DNA of 64,000 nucleotides from an uncultured Gammaproteobacteria bacterium (GTDB lineage Bacteria; Pseudomonadota; Gammaproteobacteria; DRLM01): NCBI GenBank assembly GCA_963729605.1, contig CAVSNY010000006.1, positions 256,001 through 320,000 on the forward strand, in the 5' to 3' direction. A program made the translations under genes and the position numbers. Under the pieces are notes generated by a model, which was not told where the DNA came from, did no database searches, and was given only the letters and a program-made list of their open reading frames with translations. Numbering within the stretch: position 1 is the first letter of the stretch; each line of letters opens with the position of its first letter. Of the stretch, positions 8,168 through 19,668 are shown piece by piece.

Positions 8168-9280
8168 ATGGATAAGCCGCTACGCTTACTGCTTTTTACC
8201 GCCGCTGCGATCTTCGCCGCCGAGACCGCGGTAATTCTGCTCCTGAATTATCTGCCGCCGAAATCGACCCCCGTCGAGGCCTTGATCGACGCGCTGGTGC
8301 TCGGCGCCTTTCTGCTCCCGGTGATTTATCTCTATTATTTGCGGCCCCTGCAGCGGTCGCGCGACCAGTTCGCCCGGACCGCGAGCCGACTGGAACTCGC
8401 CGAAATCGCCTTCCGCGAAAGCAACGAAGGCATCCTCGTCACCGACCACGCCAACCGCATCATGCGAGTCAATCCGGCCTTCACCCGCATCACCGGTTAT
8501 ACGCCGGAAGACGTCGCCGGGAAAAACCCCAATATTCTCAGTTCAGGCCGGCACGGACCCGATTTCTACAAAACCCTGTGGGGAGATATCGCCCGCAGCG
8601 GTTCCTGGAGCGGCGAAATATGGAATCGGCGCAAGAACGGCGAGATATATCCCGAATGGCTGTCGATACGCGCCATTAAAAATGAGGCGGGCAAAAATCA
8701 GTATCACATGGCCATCTTCAGCGACATCACCCAGCGCAAAAACGCCGAAGAACAGATCCGCTATCTGGCCAACTACGATCCGCTGACCCAATTGCCCAAC
8801 CGCGTCTTATTCTACGACCGCCTGCGTCAGGCGCGCGAACTGGCCTTGCGCGACAAAAACGGTTTCGCCTTGATCTTTCTCGACCTCGATGAATTCAAAC
8901 CGGTCAACGACACCTACGGTCACTCCTGCGGTGACCAGTTGTTGCAGGAAACCGCCCGCCGGCTACTCGCCTGCGTGCGCAACATCGACACCGTCGCCCG
9001 CTTCGGCGGCGATGAATTTCTGGTGATCCTGCAAGACGTGCCGCGCCTGGAGAACGCCGTCCCCGTCGCGCAGAAAATCCTCGACGCGCTGTCGCAACCC
9101 TTCCACATCGAACAGCATGAAATCAAGATCGCCGCCAGCGCCGGCATCACCCATTGGGATGCCACACAGGACCCCGCGCCCGGCAAGGAGGAGCTGGAGA
9201 CCGTCGTCCAGCAAGCCGACCAGGCCATGTATCAGGCCAAACAGTCCGGGCGCGGCACCTATCGTTTATGGCGAGGGTGA
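8168..9280 (+). CDS. membrane PAS-GGDEF diguanylate cyclase
   Basis: Two TM helices, PAS/PAC domain (VNPAFTRITGY, WSGEIWNRRKNGE), RNID I-site, intact GGDEF. GAGGAGG SD before ATG 8168. Confidence 0.92.
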   Translation: MDKPLRLLLFTAAAIFAAETAVILLLNYLPPKSTPVEALIDALVLGAFLLPVIYLYYLRPLQRSRDQFARTASRLELAEIAFRESNEGILVTDHANRIMRVNPAFTRITGYTPEDVAGKNPNILSSGRHGPDFYKTLWGDIARSGSWSGEIWNRRKNGEIYPEWLSIRAIKNEAGKNQYHMAIFSDITQRKNAEEQIRYLANYDPLTQLPNRVLFYDRLRQARELALRDKNGFALIFLDLDEFKPVNDTYGHSCGDQLLQETARRLLACVRNIDTVARFGGDEFLVILQDVPRLENAVPVAQKILDALSQPFHIEQHEIKIAASAGITHWDATQDPAPGKEELETVVQQADQAMYQAKQSGRGTYRLWRG

Positions 9281-9365
9281 TACGCCGGCACGGGATGTCA
9301 GACGCGATTCATCCGGCGGCAAAACAGACCGGATCGGCCCCGGGCATGGGTCGCGCCGCACGCGT

Positions 9366-9774
9366 TTAGAACCTATTTCAAAATCGACTTTGAGAGTAGT
9401 GGGTGGCTGCGATCGCCCATGACGATGGTTTATTTACCGACGGACCGTTAATCGGCTTGAAAACCCCGTTGCGGTTTCGAGGGAGGTTGAATAATCGGCT
9501 ACGCCCGGCCTCGTCCGTTCGATACAAAAAATCCCGGAACATATCCCCTCTCCCGCGGGCGGGAGCGCGGAGTCGTAGCCAAGCGCCCGAATGACCGTCA
9601 TCACTCCGCAAGAGCGCCTTTCTCATCTTTCCATTCCCTCACCCCGACCCGCTCGCGGGAGAGGGGGGCAATACCTAAGCGAACAAAGGGGCCAACTATT
9701 CCTGCTCTTTCCCGCCCGCGGGAAGGGGTCAGTCCGGTTTGGTGTCCCTATTCCAATCTCGAGACAGGCTCTAA
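9366..9774. mobile_element. putative non-autonomous MITE-like element (IS5-like ends)
   Basis: Inverted ends TTAGAACCTATTTCAAAAT and TTAGAGCCTGTCTCGAGAT (14/19, all mismatches are transitions). TA on both flanks. No credible internal gene. Confidence 0.5.
9545..9730. repeat. REP-like palindromes (CCCTCTCCC...GGGAGAGGG family)
   Basis: CCCCTCTCCCGCGGGCGGGAG, CCCTCACCCCGACCCGCTCGCGGGAGAGGGG and TTCCCGCCCGCGGGAAGGGG. Confidence 0.6.
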
Positions 9775-12700
9775 TGAATATCGGGCGGTGTATAACCCTT
9801 GGCTTCCGCCGTCTGACTCGCCGCCGCCGTGGTCCTCCCCGGCGTGATGAAACCGACCGCCTTGCGCGCGTTGCGGAACATGCGCAGCCACGGCCCGTCT
9901 TCCCGCCACTCGGCGGGATGCCAACTGTTTTGCACGGCGCGGAACACCCGTTCGGGATGAGGCATCATGATGGTGACGCGGCCGTCGGCGCTGGTGAGTC
10001 CGGTGATGCCCAAGGGCGAGCCGTTGGGATTGTAAGGATAGTGTTCGGTGGGTGCGCCGCGATGATCCACATAACGCAGGCTGACCAGACCGGCGGCCAA
10101 GGCCTGATGCGGATTGTGCCCCTCGCCGAACTCGGCGCGGCCTTCGCCGTGCGCGACGGCGATGGGCAGACGCGCGCCGGCCATGCCTTGCAGGAACAAG
10201 GAGGGCGACTCCACCACTTCCACCAGCGAGTAACGCGCCTCGAATTGTTCGGAACGGTTGCGCAGGAAACGCGGCCAATGTTCGGCGCCGGGGATGAGTT
10301 CCTTCAAATGCGACAACATCTGGCAGCCGTTGCACACGCCGAGGGTGAAACTGTCCGCGCGCTGGAAAAACGCCGCGAATTGATCGCGGGCGCGGCTGTT
10401 GAACAATATGGATTTGGCCCAGCCGCCGCCGGCGCCCAGCACGTCGCCGTAGGAAAAACCGCCGCAGGCGGCCAGGCCCTGGAAATCGGCGAGATCGAAA
10501 CGCCCCGCCAGGATATCGCTCATGTGCACGTCCACCGCGGCGAAGCCGGCGCGGTCGAAGGCCGCCGCCATTTCCACCTGGCCGTTGACGCCCTGTTCGC
10601 GCAGCACGGCGATACGCGGCCGCACGCCGCTGGCAATGTAAGGCGCGGCGATGTCGTCCTCGATGTCGAAGGGCAGCGCCACGTTGAGGCCGGGATCGGC
10701 GCGGTCCAATATCCGGTCGTATTCCTGCTGCGCGCAATGCGGGTTGTCGCGTAGCGCCTGCATGCGATAACTGGTCTCGGACCACGCGCGCTGGAAATTC
10801 ACCCGCGCGTCGGCCAGTACTTCCTTGTGGCCGCGGGTGAAGACAATCCGGTCCTCGTCATTGAGCGTGCCGATGACGTGGCTGTGTTTGCTCAAGCCCG
10901 CCTCGCGCAGCGCCGCCAGCACCTCCTCGGTGTCGCAGTGACGCACTTGCAGCACCGCGCCCAGCTCTTCGCTGAACAAGGCCGCCGCGTTGTCCTCGCC
11001 GACGTCGTCGAGCGCGACAGTGAAGCCGACCCGGCCGGCGAAGGCCATTTCGCAGAGGGTGACGAACAGGCCGCCGTCGGAGCGGTCGTGATAGGCGAGG
11101 ATCAGCTCCTCTTGATTGAGGGCCTGGACGGCGTCGAAGAACTCACGCAAGACATTGGGATCGTCCAAGTCGGCGGGGTGATGGCCCAGCTGTTTATAAA
11201 CTTGAGTCAGCGCCGAACCGCCGAGACGGTTGCGGCCCTTGCCGAGGTCGATGAGGATGAGATCGGTGTCGCCGCGGTCGGTCCGCAATTGCGGGGTGAG
11301 GGTACGCCGCACGTCCTCCACCGGGGCGAAGGCGCTGACGATCAGCGACAAGGGCGCGGCCATCTCGCGGCGCTCGCCGTCTTGCTCCCACACGGTTTTC
11401 ATGGAGAGCGAATCCTTGCCGACCGGAATGGCGAGGCCGAGCGCGGGACACAGCTCCATGCCGATCGCCTTCACCGCGTCGAACAGGCCGGCGTCTTCGC
11501 CCGGATGGCCGGCGGCGGCCATCCAGTTGGCGGAGAGTTTGACGTCGCCGATGAATTCGATGCCGGCGGCGGCGATGTTGGTCACCGCCTCGCCCACCGC
11601 CATCCGCGCCGAGGCGGCGTGATGCAGCAACGCCACCGGGGTGCGTTCGCCCATAGCCATCGCCTCGCCGCCGTATTCGTGGAAACAACTCGCGGTGACC
11701 GCGCAATCGGCCACCGGCACCTGCCAGGGACCGACCATCTGGTCGCGGGTCACCAGGCCGCTGACGCTGCGGTCGCCGATGGTGATCAGGAAACTCTTGT
11801 CCGCCACCGCCGGCAGACGCAACACCCGCAGCGCCGCCTCGCGCAGGTCCAAGCCCGCCGTCGCGAACTCCGGTTTGGGGTGGGTGTGGCGGCGCACGTC
11901 GCGGAACAGCTTGGGCGGCTTGCCCAGCAAGACGGACATCGGCATGTCCACCGGCGTGTTGTCGAACAGCCCGTCGCCCACCACCAACTGTTGTACCTCG
12001 GTCACTTCGCCCACCACCGCGTAGGGACAGCGCTCGCGTTCGCACAGGGCCTCGAACAGTTCCAGGTCTTCCGGCTTCACCGCCAGCACATAACGTTCCT
12101 GGGATTCGTTGGACCACAGCTGCATGGGCGACATGCCGGGTTCGTCGTTGGGCACGGCGCGCAGTTCGATGCGCGCGCCCCGGCCGCTGTCGTTGACCAG
12201 TTCGGGCAAGGCGTTGGACAATCCGCCCGCCCCCACGTCGTGGATGGAGATGATGGGATTTTTATCGTTGAGCTGCCAGCAGCGGTCGATCACTTCCTGC
12301 GCCCGCCGCTCCATCTCCGGGTTGCCGCGCTGCACCGAGGCATAGTCGAGATCCGCGTGGCTGGCGCCGCTGGTCACCGACGAGGCCGCGCCGCCGCCGA
12401 GGCCGATCAGCATGGCCGGGCCGCCCAGCACGATGAGCTGCGGCGCCGGGCGGCAACTGCCCTTTATCCACATGCTGCGGCCGAATGGTGCCCATGCCGC
12501 CGGCGATCATGATCGGTTTGTGATAACCGCGCAGTTCGCTGCCGTGGACACCGGGCACTTGTTCTTCGAAGGTGCGGAAATAGCCGCAGAGATTGGGCCG
12601 GCCGAATTCGTTATTGAAGGCGGCGGCGCCGATCGGGCCTTCCAGCATGATGTCGAGGGCGGAGGCGATGCGCTCCGGCTTGCCGTAGTCGGTCTCCCAC

Positions 12701-13750
12701 GGTTGCATGAAATCGGGGATGCGCAGATTGGATACTGAAAAACCGCACAAACCCGCCTTGGGCTTGGCGCCGCGGCCGGTGGCGCCCTCGTCGCGAATCT
12801 CGCCGCCGGAGCCGGTGGCGGCGCCGGGAAAGGGCGAGATGGCGGTGGGATGATTGTGGGTCTCCACCTTGATGGCGATGTGGCCGTCCTCGCGCCAGCG
12901 GGCGTATTCGCCGTGGTTTTCGGGGCGCGGGAAAAACCGTTCGGCGCGCGGCCCGGCGATCACCGCGGCATTGTCGCGATAGGCGGACAGCAGACCGTCG
13001 GGCCAGCGCGCGGCGGTGTTGCGTATCATGTCGAACAGGCTTTTGTCCTGGTCCACGCCGTCGATGCGCCAACCGGCGTTGAAGATCTTGTGGCGGCAAT
13101 GTTCGGAATTGGCCTGGGCGAACATCATCAGCTCGACGTCGCTGGGATTGCGCTCGAGCTGGGCGAAACTCTCCAGCAGGTAGTCGATCTCCTCGCCGCT
13201 GAGGGCGAGTCCCAGCGTCCGGTTGGCCTCTTCCAGGGCCGCGCGGCCGCCGCCCAGCAGGTCATACGGTTTTCAGCGGGGCGGGCTCGGCGCTGGCGAA
13301 CAGGCCTTCCGCCTCGTCCAGACTGGTGAGCACGGTTTCGGTCATGCGGTCGTGCAATAAAGCCGCGAGGACGGCGGCGTGGGCATCCAAACCCTCGCCG
13401 TTGGCGAAACTGATGTAGTAGGCGGTGCCGCGCTCCACCCGCCGCACCGTGGCCAGGCCGCAATTGTGGACGATGTCGGTGGCCTTGCTGGCCCAGGGGG
13501 AAATCGTGCCGAAGCGCGGTACCACCAGCAGCAAACCGGCGCCGGGCGGCGCGGGGACGGGGACGTCATCGGCGATCAACAGAGCGGTCAGCCGCGCCTG
13601 CTCCGCCTCGTCAAAACGCTGTTCGCCGTCGATGAAATAGACCTGTTCGACGTGGATACCCGAGACGGTGGGCACCTCGGCCCGCGCGGCGGCGATGAGC
13701 TTTTCCAAACGAAAAGAAGACCAGGCGGTGCGGCCGCGCAGATAGAGCAT
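9771..13750 (-). pseudogene. purL: phosphoribosylformylglycinamidine synthase (large PurL) split by two +1 frameshifts (about 13264 and about 12442); may be assembly errors
   Basis: Three consecutive frames carry [33 protein letters not shown] / [20 protein letters not shown] and LGVCNGCQ / MMPHPER. Confidence 0.92.
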
Positions 13751-13922
13751 GTAATTCTCCCCAGGCTTAGGCGCGAAAGGCGCTCATTTTATCATCCCCC
13801 GTCGCGTCCACGCGGGAGAATTCTAGTTTATTTAAGGAAGCTCTGAATAATGCCGTCCCGGAATTGCAGGGCACGGGCGGCAAATCCATGCGCCGCGTAG
13901 CCTCTGAATAAATGAGCGTCCC

Positions 13923-14636
13923 TTAAGACAGGTCCACGCCCAGGCGCCGCGCCACTTCCTCGTAGGCCTCGATGACGTTGCCGAGGTCCTGGCGGAAGCG
14001 GTCTTTGTCGAGTTTTTCGCGAGTCTTGGCGTCCCACAGACGGCAGCCGTCGGGGCTGAACTCGTCGCCCAATAAAACCTGGCCCTGATAACGGCCGAAT
14101 TCCAGTTTGTAATCCACCAGCAATATGCCGGCGTCGAGAAAGAGCGGCTTCAGCACCGCGTTGACCTGGAAGGTCAGTTCCTTCATGCGCGCGACTTCTT
14201 CCTCGCTGGCCCAGCCGAAGGTGCGGATGTGCGAGTCGTTGACCATGGGGTCGTGCAGCGCGTCGTTCTTGAGAAAGAATTCGAAGGTGGGCGGATCGAG
14301 TTCGGTGCCTTCCTTGATACCCAAACGGCGGCACATGCTGCCCGCCGCGATATTGCGCACCACGCACTCCACCGGAATCATCTCCAGGCGCTTGACCAGC
14401 GACTCGGTGTCGGACAACAGCCGCTCGAAATGGCTGGGTATGCCGGCCTCGGCCAGCTTGCCCATGATGAAGGCGTTGAACTTGTTGTTGACCGCACCCT
14501 TGCGGGCCAGGCTGGCCTTTTTGCCGCCGTCGAAGGCCGAGGTGTCATCGCGAAAACGCATGACGTAGCGTGCGGGATCGTCGGTGGCGAACACCGATTT
14601 GGCCTTGCCCGTGTACAGTTCTTTGCCGATTTGCAT
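13923..14636 (-). CDS. purC: SAICAR synthase
   Basis: [38 protein letters not shown]. Confidence 0.97.
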   Translation of the reverse strand: MQIGKELYTGKAKSVFATDDPARYVMRFRDDTSAFDGGKKASLARKGAVNNKFNAFIMGKLAEAGIPSHFERLLSDTESLVKRLEMIPVECVVRNIAAGSMCRRLGIKEGTELDPPTFEFFLKNDALHDPMVNDSHIRTFGWASEEEVARMKELTFQVNAVLKPLFLDAGILLVDYKLEFGRYQGQVLLGDEFSPDGCRLWDAKTREKLDKDRFRQDLGNVIEAYEEVARRLGVDLS

Positions 14637-14663
14637 AACTCACCTATCCCGTAACGCGCGGCC

Positions 14664-15425
14664 TTAACGCAGGTCGCGCCATTCCAAACCCTGTTCCTGA
14701 TCGGCGACGGCGATCCACTCGTCGTCGCAGTGCATGACCTCCGCCAAGGCGCGCCGCGCCAAGCGGGGGTGATTGTTCTTCTCGCTCAAATGGGCGGCCA
14801 CCACATGCTGAAAGCGGCGGCTGTCCAATTCCGCCAGTAAAGCCCCCGCCTGCGCATTGCTCAAATGGCCGTGGCGCCCGCCCACCCGTTGTTTGAGGCT
14901 GGGCGGGTAATGCCCCGCCGCCAGCATGTCCGCGTCGTGGTTGCATTCCAGCACCAAGGCGTCGCAGCCGCTCAGACTCGCCACGATATGCGGGGTGGCG
15001 GCGCCCACGTCGGTGAGTATCCCCAGCCGCCGCGCCCCGTCGCCGAACACGAACTGGCAGGGCTCGCGCGCATCGTGCGGCACCGGAAACGGACTCACCT
15101 CCACGTCGCCGATGGCGAAGGGGGAGTGGCAGTCGAATTCGCGGCATTCGGGCAGCTCCAGCAGCTTCGCCGCCCGCGCCGTCCCCGGCGTCGCCCACAC
15201 CGCCACCCCGTGGGTCCGCGCCAGGGTCGCCACGCCGCTGGCGTGGTCGCCGTGCTCATGGGTGACCAGCACCGCGGTCAAGTCCCGCGCCCGTTTACCC
15301 GCCCGCGCCAAGCGCTGTTCCAACTGCACCAGCGAAAATCCGCAATCGAGCAAGACGCTGGTGGCGCCCACCTCCACCAGGGTGGCGTTGCCGCGGCTGC
15401 CGCTGCCGAGCACCGTGAAGCGCAC
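14664..15425 (-). CDS. MBL-fold metallo-hydrolase (YycJ/WalJ-like)
   Basis: LGSGSRGNA, THEHGDH, LECNHD, HLSEKNN. Confidence 0.92.
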   Translation of the reverse strand: MRFTVLGSGSRGNATLVEVGATSVLLDCGFSLVQLEQRLARAGKRARDLTAVLVTHEHGDHASGVATLARTHGVAVWATPGTARAAKLLELPECREFDCHSPFAIGDVEVSPFPVPHDAREPCQFVFGDGARRLGILTDVGAATPHIVASLSGCDALVLECNHDADMLAAGHYPPSLKQRVGGRHGHLSNAQAGALLAELDSRRFQHVVAAHLSEKNNHPRLARRALAEVMHCDDEWIAVADQEQGLEWRDLR

Positions 15426-15428
15426 GCC

Positions 15429-16487
15429 TTATTCCATCTTCTCTTTCAGTCGCTCCAAAATACGCTCGCCGATGCTGGTGCGCACCGCCGCGCCGCCCGG
15501 GTGTTGCACCACCGCCACGGTGGCGTCGCCGCGGCCTTGCAATTGCACGCGGTATTGCGCCTCCGGATCGCCGGCGTTACTGCCGAACAAACGGCTAAAA
15601 AAGCCGGCGTTGGCATCTTCTTTAAACGCCTTGCCGAGCCGGATGAGGTACACCCCTTCGGCGCGGTTGCGGTCTTCGATGACGAAGCCGCCGCGCCCGA
15701 GCGCGAAACCGATGCGGCGCCAGGCCCGCTCGAAGTCTTCGGCGAGGCGCAGGGTGGTCACGCTGTCCGGGCCGGTCTCGATAACGCTGCGCACGCCGGG
15801 CAAGTCCGGCGCCGGTTCGGCGCTCGCGGTTTCACCGGCGAGGAAGTCTTGCAGGCGGTCCAGCAGGTCGGCCTCCAGCAGGGGATCGGCGGCGCGCGGC
15901 TGCCAGGTCTCGGCGCCGGCCGCGGTCACCCGCTGCAAACCGCTATGGCTCACGTACACCTCGGCGGTACCCTCCGCGCGCCCGGCCTCGACCCGCACCC
16001 GGAATTTATCGCGCAGCCCCGCCGCCAAGGCCTGGTTCAATTCGCCGCCCTGGGCCTCGGCGGTCCGCCAGTCGGTCTCCAGCACGCCGCGCGCGGCGTC
16101 TTCACCGGCGATCTCGAAACGCTCTTGCAGCAGAAAATCGCGGATCCGCGCCCGCACCGCGTCCGCGCCGCCCGGCACCACCAGCCAGCGTAACGCGCCC
16201 TCGCGTTCAAGCCGCAGGGTGGACGTCGTCGCGGTTGCGGCGACGGCCGTGGCCGCCGCGGGTACCGCGCCGGTCGTTGCGCCGGCCTCTTCGACGGCGG
16301 GCGCCGCGGGCGGCAACACCGGAACGGCGGTTGCGCTGTTCTTGGACGGATTGATGAGGTCCGGCGGCACCTCCAGCGGCGGCAGGGATTTGCTGTTTTT
16401 ATATTCGTCGTTTTTGGTGGCGCAGGCGGCGAGGACCGCGCACAGCACCACGATTCCGGCGGAGGAGAAACGTCGTATGAAAGACAT
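15429..16487 (-). CDS. bamC: outer membrane protein assembly lipoprotein BamC
   Basis: Lipobox LAAC, PPLEVPPDL, GVLETDW, RDKFRVRVE. Lies downstream of dapA as is typical. Confidence 0.88.
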   Translation of the reverse strand: MSFIRRFSSAGIVVLCAVLAACATKNDEYKNSKSLPPLEVPPDLINPSKNSATAVPVLPPAAPAVEEAGATTGAVPAAATAVAATATTSTLRLEREGALRWLVVPGGADAVRARIRDFLLQERFEIAGEDAARGVLETDWRTAEAQGGELNQALAAGLRDKFRVRVEAGRAEGTAEVYVSHSGLQRVTAAGAETWQPRAADPLLEADLLDRLQDFLAGETASAEPAPDLPGVRSVIETGPDSVTTLRLAEDFERAWRRIGFALGRGGFVIEDRNRAEGVYLIRLGKAFKEDANAGFFSRLFGSNAGDPEAQYRVQLQGRGDATVAVVQHPGGAAVRTSIGERILERLKEKME

Positions 16488-16509
16488 GGGCACCTTTACG
16501 GAGAGGGAT

Positions 16510-17385
16510 TTAAAGAACACCGGCTTGCTTCATGGCCTGGCGCACGGCGTCGTGATAACGCTCGGACAGCGGGGTCAAGGGCAAACGGATACCGGGGGGG
16601 ATGAGCCCCATTTCATACAAGGCCCATTTGACGGGGATGGGGTTGGCCTCCACGAACAAGGTCTCGTGCAGACCGGCGAGGCGCGCATCGATGGCGGCGG
16701 CCTCGAGGCGCCGGCCGGCCAGCGCGGCGGCGCACATCTCGCTCATGCCGCGCGGCGCCACGTTGGCGGTGACCGAGATCACCCCTTTGCCGCCGAGCAG
16801 GATGAATTCCATGGCGGTGGCGTCGTCGCCGCTGTAGAGGTCGAGGCGATCGCCGCAGCGGCGCACCAGGTCGCGGGCGCGTTCGAGATTGCCGGTGGCC
16901 TCCTTGAGGCCGACGATGTTGGGCACCGCCGCGAGGCGCTCCACGGTCTCGGGCAACATGTCGACCGCGGTGCGGCCCGGCACGTTATAAAGAATCTGCG
17001 GTATCGGCACGGCCTCCGCCACCGCCTTGTGATGGCGGTATAAACCCTCCTGGGTGGGCTTGTTGTAATACGGCGTGACCAACAGGCAGGCGTCGGCGCC
17101 GCTCTCCATGGCGCTGCGGGTGAGGTCGATGGCCTCGCGGGTGGAATTGGAGCCGGTGCCGGCGATCACCGGTACGCGGCCGCGCGCGAATTCGACGACT
17201 TGGCGGATGACCTTGCAGTGTTCTTCCATGTCGAGCGTGGCGGACTCGCCGGTGGTGCCCACGGCGACGATGGCGTCGGTGCCCTGCTCGACGTGAAATT
17301 CGACGAGCCGCGCCAGACCGTCGGCGTCGAGGCTCTCGTCCGCCTGCATGGGGGTGACCAGGGCCACCATGCTACCGTGAAACAT
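16510..17385 (-). CDS. dapA: 4-hydroxy-tetrahydrodipicolinate synthase
   Basis: [29 protein letters not shown]. Start placed at MFHGS. Confidence 0.97.
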   Translation of the reverse strand: MFHGSMVALVTPMQADESLDADGLARLVEFHVEQGTDAIVAVGTTGESATLDMEEHCKVIRQVVEFARGRVPVIAGTGSNSTREAIDLTRSAMESGADACLLVTPYYNKPTQEGLYRHHKAVAEAVPIPQILYNVPGRTAVDMLPETVERLAAVPNIVGLKEATGNLERARDLVRRCGDRLDLYSGDDATAMEFILLGGKGVISVTANVAPRGMSEMCAAALAGRRLEAAAIDARLAGLHETLFVEANPIPVKWALYEMGLIPPGIRLPLTPLSERYHDAVRQAMKQAGVL

Positions 17386-17605
17386 CGGAAAGAATCTCCA
17401 TGAATATCCATGACCGGGAATGGGCATGGTACTGACCACGGCGGGCGGTGACAAGCCGCGCGGAACCCGTGTTCCTACCACGCCGGAAGTGCCGTATGAT
17501 AACAAAACATCCGGGGTCGCGGATCGCAACATGAGGGGCCCGCCAAGACCCGGGATCGGCGGCCCGCGGGAACACGGCTCCACGCCATTACGCAAAGGAA
17601 TCTCC

Positions 17606-18073
17606 ATGACCAAAGTCACCGTCGGCAAACCCGTGCCGGATTTCGAACTCCCCGCCACCGGCGATCAAACCGTCCGGCTCTCGGACCTCAAGGGGCAAAA
17701 CGTCGTCCTCTATTTCTATCCCAAGGACAACACCCCCGGCTGCACCCTGGAAGGCCAGAACTTCCGCGACATGCATCCGCAATTCAAAAAGATGAACGCG
17801 ATCATTCTCGGCATTTCACGCGACGGCGTCGACTCGCACGAAACCTTTAAGGAGAACCAGTCTTTTCCTTTTGACTTATTGGCCGATGAACAAGAAAAGG
17901 TCTGCAAACTCTTCGATGTCATGAAGCCGAAGAACATGTACGGCAAAGAGGTGATCGGGGTTGAACGCAGCACGTTTCTCATCGACGCCGCCGGCGTATT
18001 GCGCCAGGAATGGCGTAAAGTCAAAGTCGAAGGCCACGCCGACGCGGTCCTGGCGGCCATCAAAGCGCTGTAA
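17606..18073 (+). CDS. bcp: peroxiredoxin Bcp/PrxQ
   Basis: [12 protein letters not shown] and [15 protein letters not shown] before ATG 17606. Confidence 0.92.
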   Translation: MTKVTVGKPVPDFELPATGDQTVRLSDLKGQNVVLYFYPKDNTPGCTLEGQNFRDMHPQFKKMNAIILGISRDGVDSHETFKENQSFPFDLLADEQEKVCKLFDVMKPKNMYGKEVIGVERSTFLIDAAGVLRQEWRKVKVEGHADAVLAAIKAL

Positions 18074-18178
18074 TTCACGCTGCGCGCATCAGCTCGACAC
18101 CTCCCGCATTTCCTCCGCGCCTCCACTGGGGGCGCGTCATTGCCTCATTCCTCTCCTCCCCAACATAGGTAGTACCTT

Positions 18179-19582
18179 ATGTCGCCCAAGAAAAGGCAGC
18201 GCGGCCGCCACTTGATGATTCTGGACACCAATGTGTTGATGCACGATCCCTCGTGCCTCTTCCGCTTTCAAGAACACGACGTGTTCATTCCGATGATCGT
18301 GCTCGAAGAACTCGACAATAATAAACGCGGCCACTCGGAGGTGGCGCGCAACGCGCGCCAGGCCAGCCGCTTCATGGAAGAGCTGGTGCAAAACGCCTCG
18401 CGGCAGGACATCGAAAAAGGCCTGCCGCTGCCCGCCCTCAACGATGCCGATAGCGCCGGCGGACGCCTGTTCTTTCAAACCCGCACGTTGAATTACGACC
18501 TGCCGCGCGACCTGCCCAGCAATCTACCGGACAACACCATTCTCGCCACCGTGCTGGCCTTGCAGACCACCAATCCGGATCGCATGGTGGTGCTGGTGTC
18601 GAAAGACATCAACCTGCGGGTCAAGGCCGCGGCGCTCGGCATCCAGGCGGAAGATTATCGCGACGACCAAGTGCTGGACGATCTCAGCCTGCTCACCACC
18701 GGCCAAGTCACCCTGCCCGAGGAATTCTGGGAACGCAACGGCAAAAATCTCACCTCCTGGCAAAAAGACGGCAAGACCTTTTACAAGATCAACGGGCCGG
18801 ATGTGGAGAAGTGGTATACCAACACTTTTGTACACGACGGCAAGGACAACAGCCTGGAGGCCATCGTCCGCCATATCGACAAACAAGAAGCCACCATCGA
18901 AGTGTGCACCAATTACCGCAGCAGCCATCACAACGTGTGGGGCATCAACGCGCGCAATCGCGAACAGAACTTCGCGCTCAATATGCTGATGGACCCGGCC
19001 ATCGACTTCGTGTCATTGCTCGGCAACGCCGGCACCGGCAAAACCCTGCTCACCCTCGCCGCGGGCTTGGCGCAAGTGCTGGACGAACGGCGTTATCAGG
19101 AAATCATCATGACCCGCGCCACCGTGCCGATGGGCGAGGACATCGGTTTTCTACCCGGCACCGAGGAAGAAAAAATGGTGCCGTGGATGGGCGCGCTGAT
19201 GGATAACCTGGAGGTGCTGGCCAGCAACGACGGCGGCAGCTGGGGCCGCGCCGCGACCAACGATTTGCTGCGCAATCGCATCAAAATCCACTCCATGAAT
19301 TTCATGCGCGGCCGCACCTTCCTCAACAAATACGTGATCATCGACGAGGCGCAGAATCTCACCTCCAAACAAATGAAGGCCCTGATCACCCGCGCCGGCC
19401 CCGGCACCAAGATGGTGGTGCTCGGCAACGTCGGCCAGATCGACACACCCTACCTCACCGAAACCACCTCCGGCCTCACCTATGTGGTGGACCGCTTCAA
19501 GGCCTGGGAACACAGCGGCCACATCACCCTGCGCAGCGGTGAACGCTCACGCCTGGCGGATTATGCGGCGGAGGCGCTGTGA
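18179..19582 (+). CDS. PIN-domain PhoH-family ATPase
   Basis: LDTNVLMHD PIN motif, GNAGTGKT P-loop, MRGRTF, IIDEAQN. Confidence 0.93.
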   Translation: MSPKKRQRGRHLMILDTNVLMHDPSCLFRFQEHDVFIPMIVLEELDNNKRGHSEVARNARQASRFMEELVQNASRQDIEKGLPLPALNDADSAGGRLFFQTRTLNYDLPRDLPSNLPDNTILATVLALQTTNPDRMVVLVSKDINLRVKAAALGIQAEDYRDDQVLDDLSLLTTGQVTLPEEFWERNGKNLTSWQKDGKTFYKINGPDVEKWYTNTFVHDGKDNSLEAIVRHIDKQEATIEVCTNYRSSHHNVWGINARNREQNFALNMLMDPAIDFVSLLGNAGTGKTLLTLAAGLAQVLDERRYQEIIMTRATVPMGEDIGFLPGTEEEKMVPWMGALMDNLEVLASNDGGSWGRAATNDLLRNRIKIHSMNFMRGRTFLNKYVIIDEAQNLTSKQMKALITRAGPGTKMVVLGNVGQIDTPYLTETTSGLTYVVDRFKAWEHSGHITLRSGERSRLADYAAEAL

Positions 19583-19668
19583 GCGGCGAGTTGCGGCGCG
19601 CACCGGCGCGGGCCGATATCCGGGATGTCGAAAATAATGAGAACCGTGTCGATCGCGAACGATGCGGT

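Noticed and set aside
12430-13275. Programmed frameshifting in purL
   Set aside because: No slippery heptamer at either site, and two independent shifts would be needed.
13832-13911. TAAGGAAGCTCTGAATAA and a second CTCTGAATAA between purC and purL
   Set aside because: It resembles a MITE end, but the second copy is direct rather than inverted and only 10 bp, which is not enough support.
9591-17043. Long + strand ORFs (387, 561, 442 and 705 aa) opposite purL, bamC and dapA
   Set aside because: Antisense shadows caused by high-GC codon bias, with no recognisable motifs.
18179-19582. PIN-PhoH as a toxin or defence system
   Set aside because: No antitoxin or defence partner. bcp-phoH is an ordinary chromosomal arrangement.
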